Assembly: GCA_001275005.1 (NCBI GenBank)
Contig: JWZX01003373.1
Location: forward strand, 62,001 to 93,830
Length of the DNA: 31,830 bases
Direction: 5' to 3'
Source: Chrysochromulina tobinii
Lineage: Eukaryota
Position 1 is the stretch's first letter. Each line of letters starts with the position of its first letter. The notes below the pieces were generated by a model. It made no database searches. It was not told the DNA's origin and saw nothing but the letters and a program-made list of their open reading frames with translations. The translations under genes were made by a program, and so were the position numbers. Below, one piece after another: positions 1-10,155 of the stretch.

Positions 1-1
1 G

Positions 2-1387
2 ACCAACAACGACGGCAAGGAGCGCTCGCGTCGCTCCTTGCGGGAGGCGCTCGCTGACAAGAAGCGCCTCTTTGTGTGCGGCCTCGCTCTCGATTTCTGC
101 GTCCTCGACACATGCATCAACGGTGTGGCCGCTGGGTTCGCCGAGGTTTACTTGGTGCTCGACTGCGCACGGGCCGCACACCTCGCGGGCATCGGACAGC
201 ACGGCACGGGCTTCCTCACCGCGCCGAGAGAGGTGCTCAACAAGCTGCAGAGCCACGGCGTGCGCCTCGTCACCAGTCACACGTGCTGCGGCGACAAGCT
301 GCTTGAGTCGGACCTGTGGAACAGCGGGCCGACGGGTGCGCAGGTGTCGTCCGAATCTCGGCTCGAATCTCGGCTCGAATCTCGGCTCGCCTTCCCGGAG
401 AGCCTCGGGCCGCTCGGCCTCGAGCTGTGCCACAACCTGAGCCTGAAGCTCGACACGAAGGAGCAGGCCTACACGCTTGATCTCGCAGGCGCGCTCGAGA
501 TGCTTGCTCACACGGGGTTCAGCTTCGCCAACACGGGCAGGTGCAGCCCGGTAACGCCGCTGCCCAGGGGATGGCCTTCCGCACCGAAGCAAGCGTGCTC
601 CTTGTGCTGGGCCTACCCGCTCGAGGGCATGCGCCAGCTGAGCGAGCAGCCGCAGACGGCACTCGCTTTCCTTGGCTTAACAGTGAACCCCGCGCTCCGC
701 TTCACCGCGTACGGCGGATTCGTGCTTTTAGATGACCAGGGCGCAGCTGTGGCATTACAAACGCTCGGTGCGCCCACAGGCGGTGCGCTGACTTTCGGGC
801 GGGCAGAGAAGCTCAGCCGCGACACCATCGAACCGCTGCATAGCCGCATGCAGGACGTGACGCTGCCGTCGCTGCTGCGTGCAGGAGCCGAGCAGTTTTG
901 CTGGCTCGTGCCTGGGGAGGCGTTGGACTACGCGCCCGAAACCCAACCTGAGACCCAATCCTTCCGAAGGAAGTACGGTGCGAAGTACGGTGCGTTTGCC
1001 TACCGGATGGACGATGGGCCGCCACTGCTCTTCTGCGTCAACGACCCCGTCCTGAGCGATGCGCACGCGGACGCCGCCATGAAGATTCAGGCGCACACGC
1101 GAGGCCACGCGCTGCGCAAGACGCACGCGCCAACCATTGCATTGGCCGAGATTACGATGCTGCGCCGCCGGGTCGCAGAGCTTGAGACCAGTCTCCCATC
1201 GCGCCGAAGAAGATTGAGGCAGGCCCTCACGTGGCCGCTACGCTTGCTGATGCAGCTGACGCTCAGGACTCGCACTCAAAAGAGCGAGTTCAACTCCGGT
1301 CGTGCTTCACCTGGTGCGCCACCTGCTAGTACCTCGAACGATATGCGGCAGCGCAGGGAGCGGGCAGAATCACCCCTAGTGTGTTAG
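2..1387 (+). CDS. Nicotinamidase/isochorismatase-family (cysteine hydrolase) protein, 5'-partial, with long C-terminal extension and IQ motif
   Basis: Frame is open from base 2. LFVCGLALDFCVLDT...VYLVLDCARA matches the nicotinamidase C-terminal motif (GLA.DFCV with catalytic Cys). AAMKIQAHTRGHALRK matches the IQ consensus IQxxxRGxxxR. Confidence 0.7.
   Translation, partial: TNNDGKERSRRSLREALADKKRLFVCGLALDFCVLDTCINGVAAGFAEVYLVLDCARAAHLAGIGQHGTGFLTAPREVLNKLQSHGVRLVTSHTCCGDKLLESDLWNSGPTGAQVSSESRLESRLESRLAFPESLGPLGLELCHNLSLKLDTKEQAYTLDLAGALEMLAHTGFSFANTGRCSPVTPLPRGWPSAPKQACSLCWAYPLEGMRQLSEQPQTALAFLGLTVNPALRFTAYGGFVLLDDQGAAVALQTLGAPTGGALTFGRAEKLSRDTIEPLHSRMQDVTLPSLLRAGAEQFCWLVPGEALDYAPETQPETQSFRRKYGAKYGAFAYRMDDGPPLLFCVNDPVLSDAHADAAMKIQAHTRGHALRKTHAPTIALAEITMLRRRVAELETSLPSRRRRLRQALTWPLRLLMQLTLRTRTQKSEFNSGRASPGAPPASTSNDMRQRRERAESPLVC
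353..388 (+). repeat. 12-bp tandem repeat x3 (GAATCTCGGCTC, encodes ESRL)
   Basis: Three exact copies at 353, 365 and 377. Confidence 0.95.
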
Positions 1388-1952
1388 AACCCCTCAGGCC
1401 TCAGGCTCAGCACTCAGCTAACCCTTAACGCTTAACGCTATAAGGTACGTGTAACCTGTAACCTCAGTGCGGAGTGTTCACAGCCAATGTTTAGAATTCG
1501 ACACTAGTGCTGTTCGCACCGCGCACGCACTCCGTCCGGAACTTTCTCTTTCGAACCGTGCGATTCGCGCGCTGCCTCCGGGCCCTCGGTGCGGGGGCCC
1601 GCTGAGGCAGCCATCTGCTCCTATGTTACTCCAGGATGTCCTTTGTTCGCCGATCGGTCCGCGTGCGCGGTCGGTCGCACCGTCCGCCCCCGCGTGTACC
1701 TGTACGCGACGTGTACGCGACCACGTCCCCCGGAGCGCGCGGGACTCCCGCCCGGGCCGCCGCGCCCCCGCGCCGAACCGAACTGAAACCGAACAAACGG
1801 CTCGCCCGCCGCCTCGCGAACCGAAAATACCCCACGCCCGGCGCACACGACATCCGCGTTCCGCAACCAAGCCGCGCGAACCCCGATGCATCAACTCACA
1901 CCTCCCCACTCACACGGCCCAGCTGTGATGCCCACATCATCTGCCTCACCTT

Positions 1953-2930
1953 TCACTCGTCAGTGCCGCTCAACAGAGAGCCGATCGTGCTCGCGGCCGC
2001 GCGCGAAGCAACGTGCTTGCGTCCCTGCTTTGACCTCTCGGTAACAACACCGCAGCCACCTGTCTGCAGCAGGCTGAGTGAGACTGACTCGTTGGCACCG
2101 CCCGAGCGGCTCGTCTGGCGCTTGGCCAGCTGCAGCAGCAAGAGCTGCTGCTGCCGCTTCAGGGCGTCAGCGTTGCCCACATCGGCGAGCGGCGCGGCTC
2201 TCGGCTGCGGGGTCGGCGGGGGCCGCTCGGACTCGGACTCGGAGGCCGCCGCCTGCTCCTCGAGCGCGCGCTGCCTCGCCTCAGCCTCGGCCATCTGCCG
2301 CCGCTCCTCCTGCATTGCGCGATACTCCTTGCGAAACTTCTCCTTCATCTCATCGGAGACTAGCTCGTACGGGTCGAGCACAGGTTTGCACTCCAAAATG
2401 TTGGCAGCCGCATGCGCTCGTGAGGCATCCATGCCAGTCGCCGGGCGGCTCGCTTGCGATTGGCCAGTCACCGGTCGACGCGAGCTTGCGGTGCTCAGCC
2501 GCTCTCGAAGTTGAACTTCGAGCTCTTCGGCAAGCGGGGCCGACGATGCCATCAGCTCCTTGGCCGTCGGCGGCCGCACAGACCTCGTGGACCGCTTTGA
2601 AGCGGCAGTCGATGGAGGCCTCTGCTGTTGCTGCCGCTGCTCACGCTCCATCTTGGCGCTGAGAAGTGACTCGCTAATGTGCTGGCCGAGTGAGCCAGCA
2701 ATCGAGTACTCAGTGGTAGCTGTTACAGGTCGCGGGCCCATGGCCGACTGGCCTGTTCGCGGGCGTGCAGAAGATGAAGCCTCAACTTCGGCCTGAAGGC
2801 GGGAAAGCAAATGGCTTGCGTCCTCGCCCTTGTCGATGAGCTTGGACGACTCCTCCATCAGCAGCGACACGCGATCACTCTTTGTCAATCTGTCGAGCCT
2901 GGACAGGTTGGCTGCCGTGAGCAGCGCCAT
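1953..2930 (-). CDS. Hypothetical low-complexity/coiled-coil protein
   Basis: ORF from ATG 2930 (MALLTAANLSRLDRL). It has repeated RP(x)T(A/G) motifs and an E/R-rich helix. No family recognised. Confidence 0.65.
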   Translation of the reverse strand: MALLTAANLSRLDRLTKSDRVSLLMEESSKLIDKGEDASHLLSRLQAEVEASSSARPRTGQSAMGPRPVTATTEYSIAGSLGQHISESLLSAKMEREQRQQQQRPPSTAASKRSTRSVRPPTAKELMASSAPLAEELEVQLRERLSTASSRRPVTGQSQASRPATGMDASRAHAAANILECKPVLDPYELVSDEMKEKFRKEYRAMQEERRQMAEAEARQRALEEQAAASESESERPPPTPQPRAAPLADVGNADALKRQQQLLLLQLAKRQTSRSGGANESVSLSLLQTGGCGVVTERSKQGRKHVASRAAASTIGSLLSGTDE

Positions 2931-3224
2931 GGCGATAGGCGGACGTTGGAACACGGCCCGACGCTACACGGTGGGCTACCAAATCAGGAAATAGCGAAAC
3001 ACCATGTTCACATCCCTTCATCTTCCATCAAATCAATATATAACAGCATTGATTGCAGCCGTCGTCGAGTAGTCGTCGAGGCGAGAGCGAGATGCGCCGC
3101 CCACCCCTAGACTCCTATCCATGCCTCAGGTCTCGTACATGTGCGGAAAGGGTGAGAGACCTTGGTCGCTCGTCCCACGGCCAGCGGTGCTGATCAGGTA
3201 CCTAGGCCAGCGCAAGGCCGGCGC

Positions 3225-4352
3225 TTAGATGGATACGGGTGGGCCGCGCGGCGACCCTCGTGCGGACTTGGACGCAAACCGGTTGATCCGAGCTTTGTGT
3301 TGCGAGTTCTCCTCTGCGAGGATGCGGGCGCTTGCCGACTTGCGTGCCCTCGAGGCGGACGCTGCCTCGGCGCGTCCCGCGCCAACCACACCATCGGGCC
3401 CGACGTCATCTGTGACGTCATTGTCCGTTGCCGCGCCCGTGGCACTGACCCGTTGCCGGAACGCGGCGTTTTCCGCGGCGAGCCGTTGGGAGTCCGCTTC
3501 CTTGCGTGCCCTCGAAGCAGCGGCAGCTTCGGCACGCCCCGCACCAAAAATTCCATCAGGCCCCACGTCGTCGGTGATATCATCGTCCACTCGCGCCCCC
3601 GTGCTCCTGACTCGTTGATAAAACACGGCGTTTTCTTCGGCGAGCTGTTTGGCCTCAGCTGCCTTGCGCGCCTTCGAAGCGGCGGCAGCTTCGTCACGGC
3701 CCGCGCCAATGACGCCATCAGGACCCACGTCGTCGGTGATGTCATCGTCCGTTCGCGCATCCGTGTTTGCCAATCGCCGCCGATGCTCCGCGTTCCGGCG
3801 CGCCAAATCTTCGCGTTCTCGCGCCTTGCGCGCTCGCGACTCTGCAGCTGCTCGGCGCCGAGCAGCGCCTGCCTCGTCGTCCCGCACATCGTTGTCAGTT
3901 GCTGCTTTCATGTGCTTGATGCGATGCTGAAGCGCCGCGTTCTCCCGGCGAATACGCTCCTTCTCTTGCGCCTTCGCCTGCGCGGTCGCATCCTTGAGCG
4001 CTTGCCGTGCGCGTTGCGTCTCGACGAGCAGCGACTTCTTGTCCGGACTCGCCTCCCTGGGATTCCAGCCGTTACGCGCGATGTCATCGTACGTTGCTGG
4101 TGAGGGGGGTTTTATGCCAAGCATCATGAGCCGGAATTCGTCCGCCTGCTCTTCACGCCGGCGACGCGCGAGGAACTGGCAGTAGCGCCGCTTGGCATCT
4201 GCTTTTTGCCACAGATCCTGCAACCGCTCTGATAGGTGGTCCGTGGAGGCCTCCTCTTCAAGTGTCAACTCCCGAGTTTTGCTTGTATTCGAAGGTGGCA
4301 TGAAGTTGCATAGATATGGCTCCAGCATTGACGCGGGCTTGAGGCTCATCAT
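3225..4352 (-). CDS. Helical repeat protein with ~54-aa TDDDITDDVGPDG...EN repeats
   Basis: ORF with first ATG at 4352. It has three near-complete 54-aa units (162-nt period: GPDG codons near 3397, 3559, 3721) plus shorter degenerate units upstream. Confidence 0.75.
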   Translation of the reverse strand: MMSLKPASMLEPYLCNFMPPSNTSKTRELTLEEEASTDHLSERLQDLWQKADAKRRYCQFLARRRREEQADEFRLMMLGIKPPSPATYDDIARNGWNPREASPDKKSLLVETQRARQALKDATAQAKAQEKERIRRENAALQHRIKHMKAATDNDVRDDEAGAARRRAAAESRARKAREREDLARRNAEHRRRLANTDARTDDDITDDVGPDGVIGAGRDEAAAASKARKAAEAKQLAEENAVFYQRVRSTGARVDDDITDDVGPDGIFGAGRAEAAAASRARKEADSQRLAAENAAFRQRVSATGAATDNDVTDDVGPDGVVGAGRAEAASASRARKSASARILAEENSQHKARINRFASKSARGSPRGPPVSI

Positions 4353-4750
4353 CACCGCAGGCTTGAAGCCCAAATACTGAGAGGCCTACGCAATGTTTTC
4401 GCGCTTTGGATCGCGCACAAAGAGTCCGCCCCTATGCGCCGTTTCGCCCCGCCGTGTTTGGAAGGTTCTGGACGAAACGCAACGCGTCGCTAGAAAAGTT
4501 TTCTTTTGTCTCACCGGACCGTACCTAGACCGTACCTAACGAGGCGGGCGACCACATCGGGCGGCATTGAACCCCCCTTGGCAGGGCGCAACGCACCGCT
4601 CCGCTAACATTCTGGTCCACTGTTGTATTAACGTGTGGGCCTCCTGCGGAAGTAAACGTCCCTGTGCGCTGGCCTCCCATGGCCAACGTACGTACAAGTT
4701 TTTCGCAAAACTGGTAACTTTCGTCGAACTAACCTAACGATTCGTGCGAG

Positions 4751-6001
4751 ATGCCGAGATCGGTGCTCTTGGTGTTGGCGCTGCTTGCTGGCGCTTTGGG
4801 ATTCGGTCCGAGCTCGTTGCTTCGCGGTTCGCGTGCTCACTCGGCCTGCCGTCGGGCAGTTGTGCCGCTGCTGTCTGCCGATGGAGTCGGCACCAGTGAG
4901 GTGAGGTGGCTTGCGCCCCTGGACCCAACAGACCCAGAGTCTGCTCCTAGTGCGGGCGCGATGGTGATGCCGCTCTTTCCCCTCGGTGTCACCTACCTGC
5001 CATACACCTCGCCCGTGCTCAACATCTTTGAGCCGCGGTATCGCGCCATGTACAACGACATCCTCTTCTCTGGAGCTCGCCGCTTCATGGTGTGCAACGT
5101 GGACTCGGAGACGGGTCGCATGGCCGAGGTGGGCGTGATTTTCTATCTCGACGAGCTCAAGGAGGTCTCCGAGCAGACGCAGGATCGCGTCAAGTACATC
5201 GGCTCGCACTCGGTCATCGGGCGTGCGCAGCTCAACAAGGTGCTCAACCCATCGGTGGCAGCGACGCGCAAGTCATACCTACGTGCGGAGGTGACCGAGC
5301 TGCGGGATTCGGACGCGGCGGGTAACGCGGCGACCGCGAATGCCGAAGCCGAGCTCCTCAAGATGTTTGAGAATCTCGTGGACATGCAGGCCGAGCTCAA
5401 GGAGGAGCCGCGCTTCACTGAGGCAGTCAAGGGTACGCTCGCCTTTGGCCCCGGCACAGGCAAGGAGGATAAGGGGCTCTGGGGCACGATCGTGCTGTGG
5501 CAGCAGTTTCTCGAGCAGCGTGCGCAGGTGGTGGGCAACAAGATGCAGAGGGAGATCCAGAAGAAGGTGGTCGACTTTCTGCAGCGCGCAGAGGAAAGCG
5601 ATTTCGACCGCTCGAAGCTCGTCAACAGCCGCGGCGAGGTGCGCCTCGAGGATCTGCCTGAGGAGCTCACTTCCGAGATCCGCTCGATCCAGCGCCGCTA
5701 CCGCGAGGAGCTCGAGGCGAGCGAGTCGGACCCGTACGGCCTGCAGTTCCAGGCGCTGCTGCAGGCGGAGACGCACGCGGCGCGGCTAAAAGTCTTCGAG
5801 CGGGTGCTTGATGTCGAGCGCAAGCGCCTCTCGGCACGCGTGCGCGAGCGCCAAAAGATTGAACCTGGGCCCCCCTTGCCCTCGCCCAGCTTTCAGCACG
5901 GTGCTGCCGAACCCACCGCGCTCGGCACGTCTGAGAGAGAGCGCACGTATGACTCTCATCCGCAGGCGACGTTGCAATCGCTCTTCAAAAAGAATGACTG
6001 A
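4751..6001 (+). CDS. Lon protease substrate-binding (N-terminal, PUA-like) domain protein, probably plastid-targeted; likely intron 5840-5965
   Basis: MPLFPL...LNIFEPRYRAMYNDIL..G.RRF is the Lon-N signature. There is no AAA+ or protease domain. Signal peptide MPRSVLLVLALLAGALG-F is followed by a S/R-rich transit-like stretch. A phase-0 GTGCGC...CCGCAG intron gives the C-terminus LSAR|ATLQSLFKKND. Confidence 0.85.
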   Translation: MPRSVLLVLALLAGALGFGPSSLLRGSRAHSACRRAVVPLLSADGVGTSEVRWLAPLDPTDPESAPSAGAMVMPLFPLGVTYLPYTSPVLNIFEPRYRAMYNDILFSGARRFMVCNVDSETGRMAEVGVIFYLDELKEVSEQTQDRVKYIGSHSVIGRAQLNKVLNPSVAATRKSYLRAEVTELRDSDAAGNAATANAEAELLKMFENLVDMQAELKEEPRFTEAVKGTLAFGPGTGKEDKGLWGTIVLWQQFLEQRAQVVGNKMQREIQKKVVDFLQRAEESDFDRSKLVNSRGEVRLEDLPEELTSEIRSIQRRYREELEASESDPYGLQFQALLQAETHAARLKVFERVLDVERKRLSARVRERQKIEPGPPLPSPSFQHGAAEPTALGTSERERTYDSHPQATLQSLFKKND

Positions 6002-6337
6002 CGTCCGCTGGGAGATGCAAGCGCCGCGTGGATCGATCGATTACACTGGCGACACTGCGAATCACCCGTCCCCGTCCGCACGCCAGGGCCTCACAGAGAG
6101 TGAGCCCACCCTCACTGACGTTGGCGTGGCGTTCCGCAACGTCCTTGGTATCGAGTTTTTCGCCGCGAGTACCCGCGGACGAGCTCGGCCTCGTAGGGAC
6201 GCAGCTTCCAAGGAATTTCTGTGAATGACCCCTGAACGAAAACGATTGGCTGTGAATTCACATGGATGACCCGCGAGGCCGCGACAAGCTGAAAAGCGCG
6301 CTCGGGACGAAGTCGGACGTCTCGTGCACGTGAGCAC

Positions 6338-9300
6338 ATGAGTTCGAGTAAAGGCATACACAGTACAAGGAAGCCTGAGATGCCAGTCTCAGATTGCGAC
6401 TTGACATTCTGGGCAGACCTCAAGTCGAGGGACGCGCAGGGTAACGATCGCACGCCTCCGCATTACCTCGTTGCCTTCGGCAAGCAGCTCCGCTGCTTCT
6501 CGGAGGCGAAATGTCGTGCCCTTCTCGGCGAGGACCAGCCTGCATCGTATCTGCACGCCTTTGACTGGATCGATGGCCTGTGGAATGGCCAGCTCAGCAA
6601 GCAGCCTTGGCACGTAGAAGTGTGTACGGCACTTCTTGAGCGTGCGTTCCTCAAAGGCCTGCACGCGTGCGTGCATGCGAAGGCCGCTGCGGACGAAGCC
6701 GCGGCCGCCGATGCGCTCGAGGCCGCTAAGCAGGCTGTGCAGAAAAAGTTTGGTGAGGAGAAGCGCTTCGAGATGGAAGCGGACGTAAAAAACGACCTCG
6801 AGAAGAAATGGCAATGCGCTCTCGATCACGTCAACACTTTCATGAACAAGAGCAAGGATGCAGTGAGCTGGCTGCCGCACGTGCTTCGCTCATTAGAGGC
6901 GACCCTAGGGGCGACCCTAGAGGCGACCCTCGAGGCGCTGCCGCCGATCGGTGTCACACTTGATATGCACCTGCCGCGCTACTCGAGCCCCCTCTTCCTC
7001 GAGGCGATACAGCGCGACGCCAGGGCAGACCTCCTAGGCACGGTGCGGCGCCGTGCCGCGTGCCTGCCCCACGCCGATGCCCCACGCTGATGCCCCGCGA
7101 TACTGCCCTGCGACGCTGCCCTGCTCTGATGCCCATCGGTGTAGTCCTTACCTCCCATCCTCTCTGATGCCTTGCCTCTCCCATCCTCCATTCCTCCATT
7201 CCGTGCCTGCAGCACGCGGCGCAACAGGCGCTTTGGGCGGAGCAACAGGCTCTTTGGGCGGCTAAGGTGGTGGCACTGGAGGCGGAGATGTCCCGGCAGC
7301 GAGCGGGATGTCTCCCGGTGGCTCCCGAAGCGACAGCGACTAGCGACGCCGCAGAGGTGGTGGGCTCGAAGCGAAAGCAGCTCGCACCGCCGCCAGCAGC
7401 GGAAGCGGCGGCACCGGCCGGCGACGCTTCGACTGTGAATGAGAATAGATGCGACGCTTCGACTGCGGCAGCAGCGCTGTCAGCCGTGGACGTCGCGCAG
7501 GCGCAGGCGGCCGCTCCGGCGCCCAAGGCTCCGCGGCTGGCAGAAGACGGCACTGCTGCTCAAGCCGCCTCTGTATCCTCGGCCTCAGCGGCGAAGACGG
7601 ATGCGGAGGAGGCGGAGGAGGCGGAGGAGGCGAAGGAGGCGAAAGAGGCGAAGGAGGCGGAGGCTGCACAAGCGGCGGATGCGTCGACGGCGACAGACGC
7701 GGCCCTCGCCGCGGAGGTGGCGGCGTCCGATGGGGTGGCAGGGGCCGACTTGGTGGCGGGGGCTGACGGGGTGGCGGGGGGCGAATGGGGGGGAGCGGCG
7801 AGGAGAACGATGCCATGATCGCGCACGAGCCCGATGGCGAACCGGACCACGACGCCGTCGCGGAGGACAAGGACGGCATCGAGGAGGATAACGAGGTGGA
7901 GATGTTCCAAGAGGATAACGAGGTGGAGATGTTCCAGGAGGATGCGGAAGTGGAGATGTTCCAGGAGGATAACGAGGTGGAGATGTTCCAAGAGGATGCG
8001 GAGCCCTTGGCTCTGACGCCTAGCGCCACGCCCGCGCCGCGCCGAACCGATCGCCCTACGCCGCTTCCGATGGTCAGCGCGCCTTCTGTCGCCGCCGCCG
8101 CCGCCGCCGGAGCCGACCCCTCCACCGCCTTGGGCGCATGGGGTACGCCGCCGCCCTTTGAGCCGTTGGCGCCGGTGGCGGTCCTGCTCCATCCAGGCGG
8201 CATCTCCCGACGCGGACCGGTGGTGTCGCAGCAGGAGGGGGCGGCGGTGCAGCATCTTCTCGCCTTCCCGCAGCTCAAGAAGGTGGGGCCGGGCCTACCG
8301 CGCGCGCCGCAGGAGACTCTGCTCGTCATCCATGCGAACGGTATGATGTTTGGCTTCACGCGCTCGAAGCAGATTCCGCAGCCCTCGCCGGTGCTGGCAT
8401 CGCCCCACCCTCAGAGCGCGCACGCCTTCGAAGCAGCGCCCACGCCCCCGGCGCTCCCGCCGCTCCCGCAGCTCAGGCCCCTGTGCGTCTACGGCAATGA
8501 GGCTGTGCCGCTGCTTCCGGGCCACGCCGGGCACGGCCCTGGCGAGAAGGTCTTCCGCTCGACGCTCATCAAGCTGCACAACACGGACAAGATTATCGTG
8601 TGCGTGATGGGTAGCCTCAAGTTGTACGAGGTGCCCCACGAGAAGATCACGCAGAAGCAGGGTCTCGACCCTGCGTCACAGACGAACATCGAGCGCCAGT
8701 TCGAACAGCGCATGCCGGAGGTGCTCAAGAATATTTCGCAGGTGCCTGCCATCCACCCACGCGACAACAACTTGTACGCGACTGCTTGCACTGACGGCAC
8801 CATTGTCGTCAAGAACTTCCACATCGAGATGCAGCATCAGGTCATCGGTCAGCCCTGCATCTCGGGGCTGCACGCCGTGACCGCCGAGGAGCTACCTGTC
8901 GCTCAGCCTCCCCCACCCACGCACGTCTTCTTCACACCGCACGGCAGCATGCTCATCGTCGTCAAGACACCCGCCCCCATGTTCCCTGCTGTGCGTGGCA
9001 ACACGCCCACCCAGGGCAGCGACTCACCGCCCGCCTCTGGCGCGACGTGCCGACGACTCATGCGCCGTGGGGCTCGCGCGTGGCGGCGGCGGCCGCTCGA
9101 GCGACACGGTGCGCCCGACGCCGGCCACGCCGGCCACGCCACCCACCATGCTGCTCTGCTATGAGGTGCCCCCATACGCGATCGCGCCGGGCGCGCGCGA
9201 GCCGGAGGAGTTTCAGACCAAGCGCTCGGCCTTCCCCGAATCGGACGACGGCCAGAGGCAGTACGAGGCGGCTCTCAAGGCAGAGAAGAAGGAGAAGAAG

Positions 9301-10155
9301 GATCGAACCCACCACGACCTCACGTTCTGGGTGGACGAGGTGAATCGGCACAACCGCGGCGACAGGCTGCTACCGCAGGACCCGCGCAACGTGCAGCTGA
9401 TCCCTCTCGGCCACCCCATCATGGCGGTGCCGCGCCCGTCCAAACTGCCGCGCCTGCCCGTGCATGGCTTCCCGCGGTGCACGATCGCGCGCGAGGACAA
9501 GGAGTACGCGCTCCTCCTGTGGGCCGAGCAGGCGCAGATGTGGCTCGTCGCGGGCGGTGCGATGCAGGTCACTGCCACCTTCCGGTCGCCTCATCTCAGC
9601 TGCGTCGCACCGCTCGAATGGCCAACACCGCCGCCCGCCTCCGCCGCTGAGATGCAGCTCAATGGCCATTGGGGCAGCGGCGGAGGTCTTGCGGAGAGCA
9701 CAAAAACGACACTCTACTGGCTGGTGGGAACGAGCCGCGGCGAGGTACATGTACTGCATGGTGACACGCTCGCGAGGGTTACGATCTTGCCGGCGCACAC
9801 GGCACGCCTCGCGAGCCCGAGTGCGAGCCGTGCGTTGTGCCGCACCACCACGCACGGCGTCCTCTTGGGAAGCAAGGTGCCACCTGCCGTGCCGCCCGCT
9901 GCCGGCGGCGCCACGCGCTCTTCGGCGGCATCGTACGCCGAGTACGAGGCGGCGGCGCTTGCGCGGGGCGACAAGCCTGTGGGCATCTCGGCCCTAACCG
10001 TCATCAAGCCCGATCCCAAACCTGACGAGCCTCGCGCGAGTGCTCGCGAGTTGGCCGAAGCGGCCCTCGTCGTTGGCTTCGAGGACGGCGCGGCGCGCCA
10101 ATACCGTCTCGTCGATGTGCTGTTCGCAGCGTGCGAGGGTGCGACGCGGGCCTGA
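6338..10155 (+). CDS. Large protein with acidic low-complexity middle and WD40-like beta-propeller C-terminal part (assembled from ORFs 6338-7042, 7213-~7790, ~7790-~8990, ~9090-10155)
   Basis: GT-AG intron 7043-7212 joins the first two ORFs in frame. There is a frame change at the G7 run 7787-7793. WD-like strands are LYATACTDGTIVV, WLVGTSRGEVHVL and LVVGFEDGAARQY. The junction near 8991-9090 is unresolved. Confidence 0.5.
7884..8003 (+). repeat. 27-bp coding minisatellite x4.4 (ED(N/A)EVEMFQ)
   Basis: GAGGATAACGAGGTGGAGATGTTCCA(A/G)-type units at 7884, 7911, 7938, 7965 and a partial unit at 7992. Confidence 0.95.

Noticed and set aside
1636..2514. 292-aa plus-strand ORF and other overlapping R/P/A-rich ORFs
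   Set aside because: Composition typical of GC-rich non-coding frames; overlaps the better minus-strand ORF.
6224..6270. SECIS-like ATGA...AAA...GA downstream of the Lon-N gene
   Set aside because: The stem does not pair convincingly and no in-frame Sec TGA candidate was found.
7067..7170. CTGATG-containing repeats in the 7043-7212 intron as a snoRNA
   Set aside because: No proper C box; they look like degenerate short tandem repeats.
7884..8003. 27-bp repeats as a possible CRISPR array
   Set aside because: Head-to-tail with no spacers, in frame within a eukaryotic CDS.
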